From: a virus
IMG/VR virus record: IMGVR_UViG_3300032287_003712
Coordinates: 3,429-67,428 of that record
Length of the DNA: 64,000 nucleotides
Strand: one strand, 5' to 3'
Position 1 is the first letter of the stretch, and each line of letters begins with the position of its first letter. Position numbers and translations under genes: made by a program. Below, one piece after another: positions 49,324-56,981 of this stretch. The notes beneath the pieces are model-generated. The model saw only the letters and a program-made list of their open reading frames with translations, did no database searches and was not told where the DNA came from.

Positions 49324-49932
49324 ATGGCCGCTCGCAGACCGCTTGTTTTAATCAGTGGCGTTCTTACCGAGCTGCCCCCTGGCGACGGTGTGCTCGGCGG
49401 GGAAATTACTGCCGGTAGTGGCTTAGCCGGCGGCGGTTTACTTAATCCGACAGCACGTTTCGACGTCAACCTGGCTCCGAACCCCAGCGGTCTGATTTTT
49501 GTAAACGGCGCGCTCGGGATTGACGGCAAAGCCGAAGCTTCTGGCTTGGCGGCTCAGCAACTCGCAGCCGCTGCATACAATCTTGCACTGAGTGGACCGT
49601 ATTCCCCTGATCAGGGCGAAGTCAAGTTCCTCGATTCTCAGATCTCGTACGCCACTGTCGGCGAACAGCTTGATTCGTTCCCTAGCGGCACGTTCCGTAA
49701 CTGCATCTACACCGTTCAAGTTGCGCGTGGTAACGAATCGCAAAGCTCTCAGCTTCACTTAGTACACAATAACTTAGCTGTTACTCTTTCTACTATTTCA
49801 AATCTTGTCACCAGCGGCACTCTGGCTGCGTACAGCGGCGCGCTTGTCGGTGGCACAATCGAGCTGAATGCGTTCCCGACAACCGCCGACGCTACTCGCT
49901 TCCGGATTCTTCGTCAGGGGCAGGCTTACTAA
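49324..49932 (+). CDS. virion structural protein
   Basis: GGAG RBS, AGSGLAGGG motif and beta-rich C-terminus. Confidence 0.6.
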   Translation: MAARRPLVLISGVLTELPPGDGVLGGEITAGSGLAGGGLLNPTARFDVNLAPNPSGLIFVNGALGIDGKAEASGLAAQQLAAAAYNLALSGPYSPDQGEVKFLDSQISYATVGEQLDSFPSGTFRNCIYTVQVARGNESQSSQLHLVHNNLAVTLSTISNLVTSGTLAAYSGALVGGTIELNAFPTTADATRFRILRQGQAY

Positions 49933-50843
49933 ACCGCTAGTTTCTGACACATTGCTGTGAACTCGTTGCGCCAACGAGTTTTCCAGTGCTCCCAAAATCC
50001 GTTACATAATTTTTGAAGGGTTGGCCATTCGCCCTGCTTTTCGACCTGCTCGACAATTTCGAAGCACTCGGCCCACGTATTTCCGATGATGAACGGCAAG
50101 TCCGTTTCGCCCAGAAACACGGCGTGCCAATACGAAGGCTGAATGTTCATGCGTTCTGTTGACCGCAGTGCCACTGGTACGCAACCGGCTTCTAGCGCCT
50201 CGTACAGCCTGAACGAATCCATGCTGTCCTGCCCCGGCGGGCATAGTGCGTATCTGCTGTCTTGCAACATGTTTACGTAGTCTTGTGTATCTAAAGCGTC
50301 CGCGGCCCCAAATCCGCTACACGAGTGCGTTTTATTCGGACCCAGCTTGGCAAACGTATCGAGCATCTTTTGCCGTTCACCGTGCAGAGTTCCTGCGAAC
50401 GACCAAATCAAGTCCCGCTCAACTCCTGTGTTTTTTAGATATTTCTGGAAGTCCCGCTTGTAGCCCAATCCAAATGTCTTGATTTTTGGGTGCGTGAATT
50501 GCAGCGGATTGAAGTAGTTACGTAGTAATCCAACACACGCTGGGTCGTGCAGCCACTCGCAGGGTTCGATAAGATTCTCGTCCGAAGTTAAAACAATTAC
50601 ATAACGCTTTGAGTTCTGTCGCAGTCGTTCCAGAATCGGCCTGTAGTTAACCGCGTGGTTAGCAATTAGAACTGTATTTTTATCTGTTCTAATTTTTGTC
50701 TGCTCGAATTCGATGTCGATGTAGTCCGACACATCTCCCAACAGGTACCTGAGCCAATCAACTTCCCAAAATGTTTCGTCTTTTGTCAACCATTGAACGT
50801 TTACCGGATTCATTTTGATTGTGGAAAGGTTGACCCAGTGCAA
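49929..50843 (-). CDS. exostosin-like glycosyltransferase (GT47)
   Basis: WSFAG, Y..ML..S.YALCPPG and SFRLYEALEAGCVPV. Confidence 0.8.
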   Translation of the reverse strand: MHWVNLSTIKMNPVNVQWLTKDETFWEVDWLRYLLGDVSDYIDIEFEQTKIRTDKNTVLIANHAVNYRPILERLRQNSKRYVIVLTSDENLIEPCEWLHDPACVGLLRNYFNPLQFTHPKIKTFGLGYKRDFQKYLKNTGVERDLIWSFAGTLHGERQKMLDTFAKLGPNKTHSCSGFGAADALDTQDYVNMLQDSRYALCPPGQDSMDSFRLYEALEAGCVPVALRSTERMNIQPSYWHAVFLGETDLPFIIGNTWAECFEIVEQVEKQGEWPTLQKLCNGFWEHWKTRWRNEFTAMCQKLAV

Positions 50844-50893
50844 GCCGTCAGTAGTGTAGGCGTTAAAATTGGTTGTGGTTTGGAGTTCCTGAT

Positions 50894-51250
50894 GTGAGCG
50901 GTAAGCACTGTGTGCAGGAACTGTACCGAGCCAATTCGGCCAAGCTCAACGATGAGGCTTACCTGCGCACTGCCCTAGCAGCGGCCGCCGAGGCCTCAAA
51001 CGCGACCCTGTTGGACATCCGCACTCACGCGTTCGAGCCCCAAGGCGTCACTGGTTTTGCGTTGCTTGCCGAAAGTCACATCAGTATCCACACGTGGCCC
51101 GAGCACGGCTATGCCGCCGTGGATGTATTTACCTGCGGCGATACGACCGATCCCGAGCGCGCCTGTTCGTATCTTGCAGAAGCTCTAGAAGCTCGGAGTC
51201 AACACGTAATTACTTTAGATCGATACCTTCCAGAATTATCTAAAACTTAA
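50894..51250 (+). CDS. speD: S-adenosylmethionine decarboxylase proenzyme
   Basis: H.FEPQGVTG..LLAESHISIHTWPEHGYAAVDVFTCG, including the E/SH autocleavage site. Confidence 0.93.
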   Translation: MSGKHCVQELYRANSAKLNDEAYLRTALAAAAEASNATLLDIRTHAFEPQGVTGFALLAESHISIHTWPEHGYAAVDVFTCGDTTDPERACSYLAEALEARSQHVITLDRYLPELSKT

Positions 51251-51300
51251 TCCCCTTGTACCGGTTTCCTTTTTAGACTGGGGCAGGTCGCACGTTACGT

Positions 51301-51690
51301 GTGAACGAAGGTGAACTTCTGTTCGAACTCAAGTGCCTTCAACGTAGCAAAGCGAGAAAACGATTTCGAAAAGATATCTTCGAGTTTTGGGAAGCCTGCG
51401 CTTACTGCGGGACTAAAAACCCCTCAACCTTGGACCACGTAATCGCCAAATCACGCGGAGGCTCCACAACCCGCAGCAATCTGGTTGCCTCGTGCGCTTG
51501 TTGCAATTTAAATAAATCTGATATGTCCTGGTTTTCCTGGTTTCGTGCTCAGGATTTCTGGTCCGAGGAACGCGAGCTTAAGATTCTCGCGTGGCTGCAT
51601 CAGAACTCGAATGAAGTGGAGTCGGCCCGGGTCTACACAACCCTGTGCGCGACTCCACTTTTCGACCCTTGTGAATCACTCAGCGCTTAG
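51301..51690 (+). CDS. HNH endonuclease
   Basis: CAYCG...TLDHVI..SRGG.....NLV.SC..CN..K. Confidence 0.85.
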   Translation: MNEGELLFELKCLQRSKARKRFRKDIFEFWEACAYCGTKNPSTLDHVIAKSRGGSTTRSNLVASCACCNLNKSDMSWFSWFRAQDFWSEERELKILAWLHQNSNEVESARVYTTLCATPLFDPCESLSA

Positions 51691-51856
51691 CTAAACGAGT
51701 CACGATACCGGCCAACAGCTCTACAAGTTTGTAGTACTTATAGACTGCTTCGTTATCTTTCGGGGTGGGCGTTAAGTTAACGAAAAACAAAGCAATCACA
51801 TGGACTGCGAACAGAACTTGAATCAAGTTCTCAGCGTGGCCAATAATTTGTGCCAT
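51680..51856 (-). CDS. putative holin-like membrane protein (58 aa, absent from the ORF track)
   Basis: [36 protein letters not shown]...: a TM helix followed by TPTPKD. Confidence 0.6.
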   Translation of the reverse strand: MAQIIGHAENLIQVLFAVHVIALFFVNLTPTPKDNEAVYKYYKLVELLAGIVTRLAKR

Positions 51857-51882
51857 GGAAAGTGGCCTCTACTGCTTTTATC

Positions 51883-52197
51883 TTACTCTCGTTTAAATGT
51901 ACTTTTTATTTCGATTGCGCCGCCGAGCAGTTTTTGAGCTTCTGAGCCGTTTGGTTCGTGCTCGACGATTATGAACTTTGGGGGTTGCTCAGCCTCCCAC
52001 TGTTTTTGAATTTTTTCTATATCTCGATCGACTGATTTTAAAGTCGACTCAACTTTCCACAACACCCAATCGTGTTTACAGTACGCCAGGATCAATTTCA
52101 CCCATTTATTACTTCTTAATTTTTTGTAATGTTCTTTTAAGGCCGTCAAAATTTCGTAAGTTAGAGCAAACCAAAGATTGTACTTAGATTTTTTCAT
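51883..52197 (-). CDS. hypothetical protein
   Basis: 104-aa coupled ORF. Confidence 0.55.
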   Translation of the reverse strand: MKKSKYNLWFALTYEILTALKEHYKKLRSNKWVKLILAYCKHDWVLWKVESTLKSVDRDIEKIQKQWEAEQPPKFIIVEHEPNGSEAQKLLGGAIEIKSTFKRE

Positions 52198-52453
52198 TAG
52201 GTTTGCCCATGATTAACCTGTCCAATTTGTCGTTGATGTTGCGCAGCCAAGTTCTTATATCGTCTAAATCTCCGTCTAAGTCTGCTTTTAGCACGTACTT
52301 CACTGGAAGTTCTTCCAGCTTGCCTTCAGCAGCTTCCAGGCGTCTCTTAATCGAATCAAACCGGGCGTTAGTGACCTGCTGCCGCTGTTGGTGCGACCAC
52401 GTGAGAAGCCCCGCGCCCAAAGTTATTGCGGCTATGAAAGCTTCCAACCCCAC
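52184..52453 (-). CDS. membrane-anchored coiled-coil protein (lysis-associated?)
   Basis: N-terminal TM, KYVLK.D and C-terminal I.DKLDRLI. Confidence 0.6.
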   Translation of the reverse strand: MGLEAFIAAITLGAGLLTWSHQQRQQVTNARFDSIKRRLEAAEGKLEELPVKYVLKADLDGDLDDIRTWLRNINDKLDRLIMGKPNEKI

Positions 52454-52543
52454 GACCGGTTTTTAACTATCTCAATTTTAGAGGACTGTTCGCCGTCTGA
52501 TTGATCTTTATCATTTAAAATAAACGCATAGAGGAACTCAGAA

Positions 52544-52981
52544 ATGAGCCAGTTCACTAAGAATTTAGAGCTTGATACCGTTTTGGCAAGCGGTACTGCG
52601 CTGTCTAACTGGCGCTCGGCTTCGACAAGTTTTGACCAGCGTCGCATCCTCGATGCCAGCGGCGTGGTTGTAAACACCGTAGCTGCTCGTACGTACATTG
52701 CCGACGGTATTTACGGCATCTCTGACTACTATCCTTTAACGGTCAACGGTACCGGAATCTTACAAGTCGACATCCGCAACCAAAATAATTGTGGCGACGT
52801 TGTCGTTCTTAATTCGACGGGTGCTGAAGTTCTTGTCGCTTCGCCGTCTAAGTTGAGCGCACGCAAGACTGCTGTTACGCAGGCTCGAATTGCAGCTAGC
52901 GGCACGTATTACACCTACGTTCAGTTAAAAGGTCGTTCCGGTACGGAGTATCGTATTGGTATTGATCTCCAAGTTCGGTGA
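52544..52981 (+). CDS. hypothetical beta-sandwich protein
   Basis: GAGG RBS and DYY...ASGTYY pattern. Confidence 0.65.
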   Translation: MSQFTKNLELDTVLASGTALSNWRSASTSFDQRRILDASGVVVNTVAARTYIADGIYGISDYYPLTVNGTGILQVDIRNQNNCGDVVVLNSTGAEVLVASPSKLSARKTAVTQARIAASGTYYTYVQLKGRSGTEYRIGIDLQVR

Positions 52982-54216
52982 ACTTTTCAGACAACGGATT
53001 CTCCTTATTAAAGGAATTCGAAGGCTGTCGTTTAAAAGCGTATAAAGATGTAGGCGGTGTGTGGACCATTGGCTACGGCGCCACTGGTCCCGACGTTTAC
53101 GAGGGGTTAGTCATTTCGCAAGAGCAAGCCGACACGTGGCTTCGCCAAGACGTTTCTTACTTTGCTAAATCTGTCAACGATTTCGTAACTGTAAAATTAA
53201 ATCAAAATGAATTTGATGCTTTAGTTTGTCTGTCGTACAATATCGGCTTAGGTGCGTTTAAATCGTCCACATTACTTAAACTGCTCAACGGTAACACTGA
53301 TCGCAGCTTAGTCGCATCAGAGTTTTTAAAGTGGTGTAAAGTTGATGGGAAAGTTGTAGAAGGTCTAAAACGTCGGCGCGAGCGCGAAAAATCGCTATTC
53401 TTGACGAAGGCTCTTCATCCTCTCTTGGCCACCTCCATCCTTGCTCAAAAAGATACGTGGCTTAAGCGTGAGCCCAAGCAGGCCGCCGACTTGCCGGCCG
53501 AAAAAAAACTATTCGTGCCCAAGGGATCTGCGCACGAGTGGGCATCTATAACGATGGTGCCAGGAGAGCCGCACTTCAAGATTTCACTTAAGGCCCAGCC
53601 AGACGCCACGTGGTGGTTTTGGCCAGCTGATTTCAAAATCATCAACGACGTTGCGCCAGTCGTCGAAGAGCCGTCTGCGACTCTGCCAAAACTTGTTCTT
53701 GACGTTCCGTACTACAGCCAACGGGACAACTACACGAATCCTCTGTCCACGTGCTACTCCAGTGCATGCGCGATGCTCTTGAAGTACTTGCGTCCCGGTG
53801 CTATATCCTCCGATGACGAATACTTAAAGACTGTTTATAAGTACGGTGAGTCCGAAGAGGCGTCGGCGCAGCTTGCGGCATTGAAGCATTACGGTCTGCA
53901 GGCCGAATTCAGGCAAGACGGCTCGTGGTCAGACCTCGAAAGCCTCCTGGTTCAAGGAATTCCAATTCCCATCGGAATCCTTCATAAAGGACCAGTGTCA
54001 AATCCGACAGGTAACGGACATTGGATTACCGTCATCGGCCGCACTGCCGATAACAAGGGCTTGATTGTCAACGATCCGTTTGGCGACTTAGACCTCGTCA
54101 AAGGCACTTATATCAGCACGAACGGCAAGTCTCTTACTTACTCCAAGAAGAACTTAGGACCGCGTTGGATGGTTCCCGTCAGCGGCAACGGTTGGTTTAT
54201 TAAGGCCAAAAAATGA
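52978..54216 (+). CDS. endolysin: GH24 lysozyme + C39-like peptidase
   Basis: FEG.RL.AY.D..G.WTIGYG (E-x8-D-x5-T) and GL.RRR..E, then VPYYSQ.DN...C.SS..AM...GHW...NDP. Confidence 0.88.
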   Translation: MNFSDNGFSLLKEFEGCRLKAYKDVGGVWTIGYGATGPDVYEGLVISQEQADTWLRQDVSYFAKSVNDFVTVKLNQNEFDALVCLSYNIGLGAFKSSTLLKLLNGNTDRSLVASEFLKWCKVDGKVVEGLKRRREREKSLFLTKALHPLLATSILAQKDTWLKREPKQAADLPAEKKLFVPKGSAHEWASITMVPGEPHFKISLKAQPDATWWFWPADFKIINDVAPVVEEPSATLPKLVLDVPYYSQRDNYTNPLSTCYSSACAMLLKYLRPGAISSDDEYLKTVYKYGESEEASAQLAALKHYGLQAEFRQDGSWSDLESLLVQGIPIPIGILHKGPVSNPTGNGHWITVIGRTADNKGLIVNDPFGDLDLVKGTYISTNGKSLTYSKKNLGPRWMVPVSGNGWFIKAKK

Positions 54217-54404
54217 CGCCTAGCGATTGGCTCAACGTGGCTCGGTGCGCTAACATTCGAGCCGATGCCAAAACATTTAACTGGGACGAGGACGACAGTC
54301 CCCTCGGTGAATTAATTACGCGTGAAGCGGCACGAATGCTCGCTTACCGTAAGGCATTAATTGATGCTGTCATTGCGGACTTTGTATCCCACGGTTTCCC
54401 ATGA
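54213..54404 (+). CDS. hypothetical protein
   Basis: Coupled by ATGA overlap. Confidence 0.5.
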   Translation: MTPSDWLNVARCANIRADAKTFNWDEDDSPLGELITREAARMLAYRKALIDAVIADFVSHGFP

Positions 54405-54664
54405 GCGAAAACTCGTCTGATTGGCAACAAGTTCTTTTGACTTGGGACGTAAAAGCCGAACAAGAGAAAGCAGACTTTCTTGAAATTCTTTATAAATTTT
54501 GCGAGCCGAAAGACCACACTTACACTGGTCTCTACCAATCTTTTTGTGAAGCAGCGCCCCAAATCCTTAAACGGATTGTCTTGCAGAACTTCTCAACAGA
54601 CTCAAGTTCTTCTAATGATACCGATTCGCGCCGCGATCCTCAACAGCCTATTTGCGACGTTTAG
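54401..54664 (+). CDS. hypothetical protein
   Basis: Coupled by ATGA overlap. HTYTGLY motif. Confidence 0.5.
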   Translation: MSENSSDWQQVLLTWDVKAEQEKADFLEILYKFCEPKDHTYTGLYQSFCEAAPQILKRIVLQNFSTDSSSSNDTDSRRDPQQPICDV

Positions 54665-54723
54665 GCGATTCACCGTGGCGATAAAAGAGGCGCTTCTAAA
54701 ATACGTGTAGCTAGTTATCTGCC

Positions 54724-54945
54724 ATGAGTCGCGACTATAAAAAAGAGTACGAAGAGTACCACGCTAAGCCAGAGCAAATCAAGCGAAGGGCTTCCCGTAA
54801 TAAGGCTAGGGCTTACATGATGAAGAATGGTCGCGCACACAAAGGCGACGGGAAAGAAGTCGATCACCGTAATCACAATCCCTTAGATAATTCCTCTGAC
54901 AATATTAGAATGAGGGACAAAAGGGCCAATCGGCGCGATCAGTAA
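54724..54945 (+). CDS. small HNH-like protein
   Basis: RDYKKEY...RASRNKAR...GDGKEVDH......N...N.R......NR. Confidence 0.7.
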   Translation: MSRDYKKEYEEYHAKPEQIKRRASRNKARAYMMKNGRAHKGDGKEVDHRNHNPLDNSSDNIRMRDKRANRRDQ

Positions 54946-55442
54946 TGGCTATTGTTCCCGGTGTAGGCGGAACCGGCGCGCCTGAGGCGACTCCCCAACC
55001 TAAGTTTCTGCAGGGACGCCTCGGCTACAACCGCGAACCTGAGCTATCGGTCCGTCGGATCGCGTCGATCGACTCGATTACCCGCGTGGCCGCTCAGCTT
55101 GAGCACGATCGGGGCGTTTACCGCCGTCCCCCGGTTCAAACGGTCGAGTACGGAGAGGGCAATATTAAGAAGAGTCATTATGTGACTGGAGCCGGGGGCT
55201 ACAACCAGCGCGCTATTGCCGCTCCGGACAGTGCTGACGACATGTCGCAAGAGCAATACATGCTGTCAGCAGCTCAGATGAAGCCCGATCAGCGTCTTCG
55301 ACTTCAACAGGAGCTAGTTCTGAACGCAAAACAGAACTTTTTAAATACAAAAGTTCTGGCAACCGACTACCCCCAGCACAGTCACAATATGATCGACAAT
55401 CTTATGTCGATCGCCAAAGCTAAGAAGCAAGGTAACGCATGA
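54945..55442 (+). CDS. hypothetical protein
   Basis: Coupled 165-aa ORF. Confidence 0.6.
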   Translation: MAIVPGVGGTGAPEATPQPKFLQGRLGYNREPELSVRRIASIDSITRVAAQLEHDRGVYRRPPVQTVEYGEGNIKKSHYVTGAGGYNQRAIAAPDSADDMSQEQYMLSAAQMKPDQRLRLQQELVLNAKQNFLNTKVLATDYPQHSHNMIDNLMSIAKAKKQGNA

Positions 55443-55573
55443 TGTCTCACAACGATTTCCCTATTCGCATGGCCGGTCAGCGCCTGAATCTCGACGCCAC
55501 TAAGCTTGCAGGGATTACGCCGAGTGAGGTCACCCGCCGACTTCGGTATCAGGAAGCCTTCCCACGCAGTTAA
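55439..55573 (+). CDS. small hypothetical protein (44 aa, absent from the ORF track)
   Basis: ATGA overlap. MMSHNDFPIRMAGQRLNLDATKLAGITPSEVTRRLRYQEAFPRS. Confidence 0.5.
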   Translation: MMSHNDFPIRMAGQRLNLDATKLAGITPSEVTRRLRYQEAFPRS

Positions 55574-55597
55574 TATGCGGGCAGCCTGACCGCTGCC

Positions 55598-56335
55598 GTG
55601 GCCGCACCAAAAGATTTATCGAGTGTAAAACTCGATTGGATTACGTTTGAAGCTGAGAAAGTAATTGCCAAACACGCTAGGGTCTCCACAAAAGACCCCG
55701 AGCGAGAAGATTATGTAAAACTTTTAAAGTATTGTCTGCGTGAGAACCACGTAAGTATTTTTGAACAAGCATCTATTTCGTTTGAGATTATTACATCTCG
55801 TGCTGTGTCGGCGCAGCTGATTCGTCACCGTAGTTTCCACTTCCAGGAACTGTCTGCTCGGTACTCGGACCCAAGCTATGTCTTGGATTCGTATGCGGAA
55901 AAGTGCTGGCAGTTTGAGTTGCGTGCTCAGGACGCCAAAAACCGTCAGAACAGTCTGGAGTACGAGGATTCAGATATTGAAGATCAATTCAGAGACCGGA
56001 TTAAAGATCTGTTTGACCAAAACCAAAAGCTCTACCGCGACATGCTTACAGCCGGCGTGGCCAAAGAGTGTGCTCGAAACCTGCTCTGGATGTGTATGCC
56101 GACCCGACTTCACATGAGCGGCACGGTCCGTGACTGGTTGTTCTACGTTGGCGTCAGGTCTGCGCCTGGCACTCAGAAAGAGCACAAGTACATCTCAGAT
56201 CGCATCGGGTGCTTTATGTCTAGTTACCTGCCGACGATCGCCCTCGCTGTCCGTGAACTAGCCGAGGAAGATAAAAACCCCGGATTGAAGGGGTGGAAGC
56301 ATATCGATGATTTCTGGAAAACAGTTTTGATTTAA
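55598..56335 (+). CDS. thyX: FAD-dependent thymidylate synthase
   Basis: H.SIFE, RHRSFHFQELSARY (RHRx7S), GVAKECAR and TQKEH. Confidence 0.93.
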   Translation: MAAPKDLSSVKLDWITFEAEKVIAKHARVSTKDPEREDYVKLLKYCLRENHVSIFEQASISFEIITSRAVSAQLIRHRSFHFQELSARYSDPSYVLDSYAEKCWQFELRAQDAKNRQNSLEYEDSDIEDQFRDRIKDLFDQNQKLYRDMLTAGVAKECARNLLWMCMPTRLHMSGTVRDWLFYVGVRSAPGTQKEHKYISDRIGCFMSSYLPTIALAVRELAEEDKNPGLKGWKHIDDFWKTVLI

Positions 56336-56338
56336 AAA

Positions 56339-56375
56339 GCGAAAGGGGGGCTTCATGGGCCCCCTTCATCGCCTT
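56339..56375. terminator. hairpin between convergent genes (possible bidirectional terminator)
   Basis: GAAAGGGGGGC...GCCCCCTTC stem between the thyX and 56388 stops. Confidence 0.5.
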
Positions 56376-56387
56376 TGCGCGCAGTAT

Positions 56388-56981
56388 TTATTTTATCAGG
56401 TTTTGCCACGGATCTTGCGATTCCGCTGGTGAAACTGGAACCTGCCCCGGCGTGGACAGCTGGTTCATCTTGGCGATCACATTTTGCACCATGCCAAGCT
56501 GCTGTTTTAATGCTGCGTTTTCGGACGCCAGAGCTGTGTTTCGGCTTTCAGCCCATGCAGTTGCGTTGGCCGTCAGCTGATCCAGCACGTTCTCTGGGTG
56601 CGGCAGCTTGAACATCACGCTATTTTCCGTCGGGATTGCTTGCCCGCCTTGGCTCTCAGCCAACGCAGCTAAAAAAGTTTTAGCTTTATCGAACGGAATG
56701 TCTGAGTTGAACGCTAATTGCTCTGGAATTAGCAGACCCTTGTTCTGCTCGTACAGGTAGTTGAAAACCTTAGCGACCTTGGCTGCTTCAACAGCGTCTT
56801 CTTCCGACTTGCGCCGGATTTCGCTTGCGACCGAGGCGCCGGTCAACAAACCCCCCGTGGCCGACATAGCCACTGAAATGTATTCAGGCCGGACAACTGC
56901 AGTTGATAAGGTGCCCAGTGCGCCGACTGCGATCAGCGAGCTAAACAGGTGTTTCTGTAGAAAGTCCATCGTGAGCTTCAA
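56388..56981 (-). CDS. membrane protein with coiled-coil C-terminus
   Basis: Two N-terminal hydrophobic helices. Confidence 0.6.
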   Translation of the reverse strand: MKLTMDFLQKHLFSSLIAVGALGTLSTAVVRPEYISVAMSATGGLLTGASVASEIRRKSEEDAVEAAKVAKVFNYLYEQNKGLLIPEQLAFNSDIPFDKAKTFLAALAESQGGQAIPTENSVMFKLPHPENVLDQLTANATAWAESRNTALASENAALKQQLGMVQNVIAKMNQLSTPGQVPVSPAESQDPWQNLIK

